NCBI GenBank assembly: GCA_040954595.2
Contig: CM082580.2
Span: 13,566,242-13,630,241, forward strand
Source: Balanoglossus misakiensis
Lineage: Eukaryota > Animalia > Hemichordata
Direction: 5' to 3'
Length of the DNA stretch: 64,000 nt
Part shown: positions 55,432 through 64,000 of the stretch, one piece after another
Numbering within the stretch: position 1 is the stretch's first letter
Layout: each line of letters opens with the position of its first letter
Notes under the pieces: model-generated
Told to the model about the DNA's origin: nothing
The model's input: only the letters and a program-made list of their open reading frames with translations
The model's database searches: none
Made by a program: the position numbers and the translations under genes

Positions 55432-58400
55432 ATGATACTTTTCCAGGTTTTGGTCTTACTTTCCCAGCTGGTTGGATTGGCTGGAATTACGCTAATCGGC
55501 GTGTGGATGGGGAAACTGGGAGGATTCGCTTGGGATGGTTCCGGCAAGCAGTTTAACCTGCATCCTCTCCTCATGACCATTGGCCTGATATTCCTCTATG
55601 CTGAAGGTGATTGGACTTCTCTTGTCTTCGGTGTAAAGTTCCCAGCTGAAAGATCCTTCCAATTGATATTTATCTCTACTTTGTACTTCTATTCCCATTC
55701 CAGCTATTCTAGCCTACCGCGTTTTCCGCAATTCCAAGAAAGTCTACATCAAATGTTTGCACGGTATCATCCACATTCTGGCCTTCATTTGCGCAGTTGT
55801 GGGTCTGAAGGCCGTCTTTGACAACCACAATGCAAATGGCCTCTCCAACTTGTACAGTCTCCACAGCTGGATAGGGATCATTACTGTAATACTCTTTGGT
55901 CTCCAGGTGAGTCACAAATTAATTGTGTCCTATTTTCAACAATAACTGATAGTGTGGAGTTATGATCAATTAAGGCAGCTAATGTCTGTGTTATTTATTG
56001 TTGTGATAAATTTTACGGGAATAAACAATTTGCAACCAATGCATATGTCCAGACAGTTTTCAATCTTCAGCTGCTTGCCTCTGGCTATTTCCCTTCCTGT
56101 TAAACTGGGAGTGTACATTAAAGATTCTCTGAATAATACCCCACCATCAGAAAAAAATGAATGTGATGGTGCTTATGTAAGACAAGAATTTTTTAAATAG
56201 AATAAGCTGGTAGGTATTTGCATTGAAGCCAGCATTTTTATTCAGGGTTACATTTTGTTGTGGATGGGGAAGGGAAGAACATTCAGTGTGTAGACTCAGA
56301 CTTCAGTGAACATCTCCAAAATATACTCCTGAGGTCCAGGGTGGATTGATTAGATGTGTACATTGTGGATGCGTGGTTACAAGTGAAAATAAGTCCTAGA
56401 AAAAGAAAGAACATTGTTATGTGTAGATATTCACCAACTACAAATGAACACAACAAGAGACCTCCACATAAGCTGCCATCTGTTAAGCTATTTCTGGCGG
56501 GAAAAATTAGAATACTAATGAGAATATTTAATTGTAACATATGCTTAGCTGTAAATCAATTGCAAAACTCATTTACTTGCTGCCATGGTTTTTGCGGTGT
56601 ACACATCAATCAGGACTACTTTGACAGTGAGAGTTGGGCTGTCCAGAAAGGTGATTACTTTCATGTCAAGCAAGCAGTCATTCGATACAGTGCTTGCAAA
56701 CCAAGCCAAGAATTCGTCAACTCAGACTTTCTCATGGCCCTTGTATTTGCTGTTTGTTTTTAATGACTATTAATTTATTATTTGCTATTCCGTTCTGTTT
56801 CTTACACTGATGCAACTTCCAGCAACCAACAGAGAATGCCATCATGTAATCCACTCCTCTCCGTTCTTTCTTTCTTTCTTTGACAGCTTCTGTGCGGTTT
56901 TGTCTCCTTCCTTTTCCCTGGATTGCCTCAAACGGTCCGAGCTGCATACCTGCCCACTCACGTCTACTTTGGCGTCTTTATCTTCGGCATGGCTGTAGCC
57001 ACTGCCTTGATGGGGATCACGGAAAAGCTCTTGTTTACTCTGTAAGTATTTCACGAATTCACGCACATTGCTTCACACGAGCTCACTTTATTCCCCTCCC
57101 CCCTTCCCCAGTGGTGAGATTTATTGTTGACTGGTGCATTATGAGATAGAGCTTCATTGGTCCCGCGTGTTAGAGGGCGCTCTTCACTGCAGTCTGCTGC
57201 AGCTGCAATATCAATCTGTCATCTCACATTTGAGGTATGTAAGAGTACTTCGAAGTGCATACTCCGAGTTCAAAGACCGAGTCGGACTTCAAAGTCCGAG
57301 TACTCGGACTTGTACACTCCGAGTAGTGGCTGTACTCGGACTTGTATACACCGAGTTGCACTCGGTGCTCGGACTTGCGTACTCCGAGTTACAGTTGAAT
57401 AAAAGCCATTTTTTAAAAGCACAAATAATATTCGATATTGCGATAAAAATGTAGGAATACTTTTTACAGAGCTTTCAGTCAAATCGATCGAGGGGTTTTG
57501 AAAGTATCGCATTAACATTCAACTTTCTTTCAATCTCTCGACATTGTATCATGTACAAAATGCACACTCCGCGTAATTTCCGTTTGGTTAAATACTGACG
57601 TTTCCCATCTACTAGTCTAACTAGATCATATCCAAGTCTGATTTTACACTGAATATTATAAGGGGCTCATTGGTTTGTCAATTTTAGTAGCTAAGTGAAA
57701 AGTTCGCTAACGAACACGAAATGCGCATGATGCGACAAGTGCCATTTCACATGCCATTAGCCTAAGTTGGCTTTGATCCCATCAGAGCATCAGTCATCAA
57801 CATTGAATAACCAACCCACCTTTCCAAAAGGCATATGATTAATAGAAAAGGACACCTTGATTTTGTGCTTTGCTGATAGAGTAGTAATATTCAGGCTAGT
57901 GTTGTAGAGATTGGCAGTCTCCAAGTGCAATGTTATGTGCATGTACAGCATTTTGTATTTGTACGTGTTCAGTATATGTTTGTATGGTCAAGTTACTATG
58001 TATATATCCATCACCCTACTGCCCCTTATTGTGTCGATCATCATCAAGTAACTCGCAGTAGAATCTCAGTCCATTTCGCTGATTGAGACAGCGCCACCAC
58101 TGGCCAATGATCAAGTTTCTTTATTTTTAGCAACACAGTTACATTTCTGACATTGTCTTATTTTTGGCAACTGAACTTTGACATGCAAATGCTGGTACAT
58201 GACTGGTTCGTAATAGCCATAGCCATGTAATTACATTCCTCTGGTGTTTATGATTTTGATTTTCAATTTTACATAAATTCATCCATGTTTTCTGTAGTCA
58301 CATGTGAAATCTATCTTTCGATCTGGGTGTCACCAAGTCTCACTGGGTTTTATTTTTTCACATCTTTTCTTTCATTGCAGTACAACTCCACCAAACGATT

Positions 58401-58558
58401 ATGCTTCTTTACCACAGCCTGCCCAGATAGCCAACTCTGCAGGCTTCTTTTTCGTTGTCTTTGCCGCCATTGTTGGCTTTCTGGTTACGTACCCCGACTA
58501 CAAACGGGAAGCCAAAGAAGACCTCGATTATGAACATCAACCCATCGTCATGAAATAA
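55432..58558 (+). CDS. CYB561: Cytochrome b561 family transmembrane ascorbate ferrireductase, isoform A, 236 aa. Exons 55432-55606, 55704-55906, 56887-57041, 58381-58558; putative 5' UTR exon donor at 51240
   Basis: [55 protein letters not shown]; the four heme-ligand His are present; in frame. Vertebrate paralogue (A1, CYBRD1, A3) not assignable. Confidence 0.9.
57247..57389. repeat. Array of four 23-bp self-complementary units (ACTCGGA...TCCGAGT) including a perfect 20-bp palindrome at 57292-57311, in the cytochrome b561 intron
   Basis: Units at 57247-57269 (degenerate), 57302-57324, 57334-57356, 57367-57389; AAGTCCGAGTACTCGGACTT read directly. Confidence 0.8.
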
Positions 58559-59228
58559 CTCCGAACCACCCATCCGTTTCATGTAACTACATGTACTGAA
58601 CTTATCACTGTGCTGATCACTTTCTGAATTTTTAGTTTTCATTTTTCCTGTCTGTATATTATTTAAGTTTTGTGGAAGAATTGTCTTTATTAATACCATG
58701 GCTATAATGGTAACCTTTCAGTATCCCTGTGTCATGTTCTGTTTATATGTCAGTGTTTGTTGCAGTATGTCACAGCATGTAGCTAAGTTCACAGCATTTC
58801 ATATACATGTACAGGGTTATCATCATCCATTTCAATGCATGACATTTCTGCCTCATCACCATCCCAAAGCATGATCACTTCCTTATTTGGAATGGCAATT
58901 TGCATGGTTACAATGCATGCAGATATATTTCACCTGACCTTTTTTATTTCCAGTGATTAAAGCACATGTTCTTATTTTTAATGTGTTGAGAGGCAGTGTA
59001 CTTGTTAGTAAACTTTCTCCCACTCAGTGCAGGTCGAAGGTCAGATGAGGCATGGAACAAACACATCCCCAGAAGTCCATGCTCCCATCTTTGCCAATCA
59101 CTGCTTGAGGTTGGGAGGATAGTTTCTTTAAAATGTAATGGAGTTTACCCTGTTTGTCAGGTAGCCATAATTTCAGTTGTTCAGAGAGAATAGTATCTGT
59201 ACTGTGTCACTTTAATTTCTTTCCACAT

Positions 59229-59321
59229 TTAACCCTTTCAGCACCATGGTTCGGTCCAAACCCATTGATTTCTATGGTGAAGATGGACCTCTATACGGGG
59301 AAATGGGGGTGAAAGGGTTAA
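59229..59321. mobile_element. Small piggyBac-type MITE
   Basis: TTAA-CCCTTTCA ... TGAAAGGG-TTAA: TTAA target duplication with CCC/GGG termini and short TIRs, no coding capacity. Confidence 0.6.
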
Positions 59322-59424
59322 TTGAACTGCAGCTGTGTTTTGTAACTTGGATGTGTCACACTCCACTTTTCTAAAGACTTGTTTCAATGCAAGTAATGTT
59401 TGAATCTTTTTTTCTCCTTTGCAG

Positions 59425-59602
59425 TGACGAAAAGTATCATGACCTGCCTGCTATTGCTGTGTTAGCAAACACCACTGGTGTATTATTTGTAATATTTGCT
59501 TTGTTAATTACATACATCGTTTGTAACATGACTTGGAAAAGAAGAGAAGATGTCATCGGTGAAGAAGCAAATAATCTACTTGCCTCAAAAACAGGATACT
59601 AA
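59425..59602 (+). CDS. Alternative terminal exon B of cytochrome b561 (TM6 plus cytosolic tail)
   Basis: ctttgcag acceptor, same phase and same 178-nt length as exon A; DEKYHDLPAIAVLANTTGVLFVIFALLITYIVCNMTWKRREDVIGEEANNLLASKTGY*. Confidence 0.8.
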
Positions 59603-62008
59603 ATCTCAAGAAATATCTTTTGTTTTTTTACCCCCTTTTTTCATGTTTATTGAAGATACAGTATTACCAACTATTATTTTTTCAATGATCTATATACTGA
59701 TCATTGAAAATATAATTTTACATTTGAATTGCATTCAGGTGATGTTTATTTATGTATGAATTGATCCAGAACGTAAGATCATGTCTCTGAGCACATTCAC
59801 TCCAGGAAAAATTTCATTGGAAGTACTGGGATTTGAGACAGCTCCAGGAGAATTTTTGAAATTCCCGGGAAAATCATAATTCCCTGGGAATATGATTTAA
59901 CTGCCCCTGCTGTGGCAAAATGTTAATCATCACAGAAAAAATATAGCCTACCCTACTGTGCAATCACCACTGGAAAGTGGTCCTTTTGATCTCAAAAACA
60001 AGTCTTCTGGAAAACTACAAGGAAAAGTCTGGAAAGTTCTGAAATTTCAACATAAAGTGGATCAGTGACAACGTCACTGTTCATGTAATTATGATAACAT
60101 TATTAACTCTTGCAAATTAAATTAGCATTAATCCCTCTGTAGAAATAAGAAATACTGCTTTGCATGATTGGTTTGTTGACAGTTATATTGCAAGAAAATA
60201 TAGCTGAGTTGTATCTGATAATAGCCTCTTTTAGAAACTAACAGGTAGGCAGTGTTTTCCCTTCATCTTCTCTATTAGACATATATTTTCTTTCTCGTGT
60301 TCTGCATGCCAAGAAGGAGTATTAGTTATTTAAGGAATCTAGCAGTGTTAAGTCTTATAGTCATGCTCGTGAAGTCAGCTCTTGCTGATGTTGTTCTGTG
60401 TGTCCGGTCCATGCTTTATCTAGGATACTGGAATTTGGAATGAATCAACTGTTTTTGTCATTCCACAACACCAGGGCTCATCAAAAAGTTTGACATGATC
60501 AAAAAAGCTACAAAATTGCCTTTGCCATGCGCCTAAAAAGTGCTATATTCAACATATCATTGTGATTCTTTGAATGTTTACAAAAAAAGAAATATCATGA
60601 GTGTTCCTTGTGAAGATTGTGACGTGGCAATGACATCAAGAAATACTGAACCAGTGTAGTTGATATATTAAAGTTGTCTTTCAGTTTTGACGGTAATATT
60701 AGAGTTGGAAATCTATGATTATATGTAATTAAGATTAACTTATATTAATTCTCAAATGTTATTTTTATTATGAATAAAAAAAATATTAAAATGCTACAAA
60801 GTGTAAATGGTCCTCGGTATTTGTTGTAATAGCGGCCATTTTGAATTTCAAATACTGCATTAATAAGAAATAGAAGTAGTGCGGAACTCTATAATTTGGT
60901 TAAACATAAGCTTTATTTACAATTAAAAACAACATTTCACAAATACATCTGTTGTTACAAATAGCATAGAAACGATGCATTTAAAACTCCAGAGAACAAA
61001 GCGGAATTAAATTTAGGCGTTAAACCTATAGGTCAAAGGGTAAGGGTTAAAGTTCACTCAACCTACAGAAATAAGGGACGTTACTTTTCACTACAAGGAA
61101 GGCACTGGTAGAGTGATCATGTGATTCGATGTAAAATGCTTGGACATGCAAGAATGGGCGTGGAACAAAACGGTTGATTACTTTCAAAGTACAAATTTGG
61201 AAATTACTGGTCGCCTGCAGGAAAGTCGCCAGTGATTGGTTCATTCGATATGCAGCCATATAGAGGTCGACCACGTGGCTTCAAGTGTATGAACAATCCA
61301 TTGACTCAGAACACGAACAAAACCATCAAATGATACACAAAAATGTAACCGGGCTCCTAGTTCTACGACAGTTTTTGGACAGAGAAGATGCTTTCAAACA
61401 AATGAATACAAACCAGCTAATATCCACTCGAATTACAAGAAGTGTGATTGAAACAACGATGCTATTTCGCAGGCCAGATACATGTGTATTGGAAATTCCC
61501 CTGAAAGAAACCCTGTGCCACTTCTCAGGTGAGAGAATTAAAATCGCTATTTTCTGGTTTCGGTTTGACATGCTTGTCCCTGAGGTATGGCCCCAAAATG
61601 GCCATGGTTCACGAAAAGCGTACGTTGGAACATCATTGTCCTATACTAAGCGTGTGTTTAATTTAATGTCCATGTATACGGCTACGTGCAGGAAAAAAAC
61701 GAAAGCAACGGGGTGAAAATTCTAAAATGTGGGAAAGGATGGCGCAACTCGAATTTTCAAATGGTAAATGTTTATAAATTGTTACGCGAGACATTAAAAT
61801 TAAAGTCACCCAACAGATTGCATGGCAACAGTCACGGCTATCAGTAACCATAGAGACAAGTTTTTCAAGCTGGATCATATGGAGTTCCAAGACGGTGGAA
61901 TGTAAATTTTGGCGTCAATACTAGTATACTGGTGGTTGGAATGCCGTTTCATCCTGTAAATTGCAGTTTTGTTCTCCAAATCACCAATTTCTTTGCAAAG
62001 AAATCTGA

Positions 62009-64000
62009 TTATATCGGCATTTGCAGCACCAGTGCGATAGTCGTCGCGAAAGTACAGAAAACAAAGAGAATCAGAAAAGCGCGATCGATGACCCTCGCAA
62101 CCTGTTTCCATTCCTTGTGCAGTTCCTCCTCTTGGACTTGTTCGTTGTATCGCCCAACCAGCTCTTCAAGCTGCGTAGAAATCTGGCGCAATATTCTCAG
62201 CACCTGTCGGTTGCTTTCCAGAAAGACACGTTCGGAGCGACTGAGATGATCGAGACAACTGTCATCGTGGAATTTGTCAGGAAAGCGATTTGGATGGCGT
62301 TGTCCATTTTCTGAGGGTCTGTTCACAACGACGTCGTTCATGTTGCTGAAGATCTTCTCCAGACGAATTTCTTCTGTTTTGCTTTTGGATTTCTGTCTGC
62401 TCGTCAGCAATGACACAGTCTCCACACTTCTCTCATAACCTTGCCTGTGCTTTGTCGTCTTGGCGGTAGAATAGTTCGCGTTTTCCCGCTTCTCCTGCAA
62501 AAATGGTGTAGGTTCTGTTTGAATGCACAATGCCTTACCCAGCCAACCGAAGGCAAGTCGATGCAGCCATGGCGGAACTTCGTGCCATCCGGGATTTCGA
62601 TGGTAGAAATTTAAAACGATCACCGTCATAGCAGTTGACACGGAAACCAATATCATTGTGATGACGTAATATTGAACTGAAATGACATAAAAAAAAAGAA
62701 ACAAAAAATGCACCATTAAATTTATATATATTATACTTAAAATAGCTATATACAATTATAAAGCGAATTGTGGGTTGGTAGAAGTTGTTTGAATACTGGA
62801 TGACGAATTATCAATTTTCCATGTCCATTCTTATACGATGATATTCTGAGCATTTTTTTATTTCATGAAAGAATGTAGTTACAGGGGCGGTCCTCACTGC
62901 ATGTTACGCTTTACGTATTTCCCGTGACAGAAAGCCTATAATCCCGCATATTTACAGCGACTGTACAAACACACTGGTCGAACGACAGTATCAAACAAAA
63001 GTCTCCATCTTAGCTGCTGGATAGCACATAGCTACTCACGACTCTCCACATCACCGCATCTATAGTTGATTTTTAAGTCCACAATGCGCCACATGCGACC
63101 ATTATCAAAACAAAATTTAATGTAGACAGGTTTCTTGTTACCTGTGGATTATTTTGATAATCTTAAAATGCGGTGGATGAATTCTCGCGGTGTTATTATT
63201 CTGTCTCTCGGCATGGTTCGCTTGAGTCAAGCAGACCTGTTTCTGACAGCATTTGACCACCGTTGACCCTAACAGTTTGGATATACATCAAGCGTTGCAT
63301 GATTCGTAAATGTAAAATGCTAGGAATGACGTCACGACTTGCAGAACCTGTAAAAACGGGCTTACACTAACGACCGATTCACCCTCGCATGTATAATAAC
63401 CTTTCTCACATCAATTTTCGAAAGCATCTAACAAATCCTAGGAATGTTATTACATCGTAAAAAAATATTATGTATAATGAATTGGTACCAGGTGATCGAC
63501 ATGAAGCTTTTAATGGCGACACTTTCACAATCTAAAATGGCGCTGTTTTCATTGTAGACGGGTCTGATTTGTTAACTTTCTTTTTCATTGTTTATTTTAT
63601 AGAAATCTGTCGGGAAACTGTATTGGAGCTGTAAAGTCGATTCCCTGTTTTTCCAGCGACAAGCAAAGAAGTAAGTTTAATTTATAAGTAATTAAGTATG
63701 CATATGTGTGTATGTATGTGCATGCGTGCGTGTGTGCGTGTGCAAACATGCGTTGATGGATGCCTGTATCTATACCTACCTATAAGAGGTATGGTATCCG
63801 AAGTAGGAGGCATAAACTCAGACGCCAACAAGAGGAAAACAGTCAGTGATAACAAGATGGTGATGTCCAGCGTCACCTTCTCTCCAGAGTCGCACGGGAG
63901 GTAAAACCCAAGCACGGTGACGGCGAATATCAGCGCACACGGCACGATTAAATTCAACACGTAAAACAGCGGTCGCCTGTGAAGATCCAACGTGACCGTG
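62009..64000 (-). CDS. Nicotinic acetylcholine receptor subunit (Cys-loop cation channel), 3' part. Exons >64000-63780 (M1-M2) and 62676-62009 (M3, cytoplasmic loop, M4)
   Basis: [78 protein letters not shown]. Alpha versus non-alpha cannot be judged because loop C lies outside the window. Confidence 0.93.
63700..63745. repeat. Imperfect alternating purine-pyrimidine (GT/GC/AT) microsatellite in the nAChR intron
   Basis: gcatatgtgtgtatgtatgtgcatgcgtgcgtgtgtgcgtgtgca. Confidence 0.7.

Noticed and set aside
57247-57389. CRISPR-like palindromic repeats
   Set aside because: Most spacers are only 9-10 bp, units are degenerate, no cas genes, eukaryotic intron.
61285-61716. 143-aa ORF on the + strand
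   Set aside because: GTG start, no motifs, antisense to the nAChR 3' UTR.

Overview
Eukaryotic, intron-rich, AT-rich animal genomic DNA; gene content and style suggest a marine invertebrate, possibly a non-vertebrate deuterostome (inference, species not determinable). I reconstructed twelve spliced protein-coding genes by hand from GT-AG boundaries: CISD3 (partial, -), SPAG6 (+), PSMB3 (-), PIP4K2 (+), a DUF1295/steroid-5-alpha-reductase-like membrane protein (-), GTDC1/QTMAN (+), an orphan two-exon 140-aa type I membrane glycoprotein (-), NEK10 (+), a Zn-dependent MDR alcohol dehydrogenase (-), an aldo-keto reductase (-), a cytochrome b561 (+) and the 3' part of a nicotinic acetylcholine receptor subunit (-). 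Main observations: (1) cytochrome b561 has two 178-nt alternative terminal exons encoding different TM6/cytosolic tails, and the nearby ADH also has a duplicated terminal exon; (2) the CISD3-SPAG6-PSMB3-PIP4K2 block unites genes split between the human 17q12 and 10p12 paralogons; (3) an orphan membrane-protein gene sits head-to-head with NEK10 behind a consensus-like RFX X-box; (4) the nAChR has Asp at M2 position 4', one A>G change from Gly; (5) NEK10 has a candidate 12-nt microexon and four uORFs. No CRISPR array, rRNA or tRNA could be supported. All homology calls come from recalled family motifs, not database searches.
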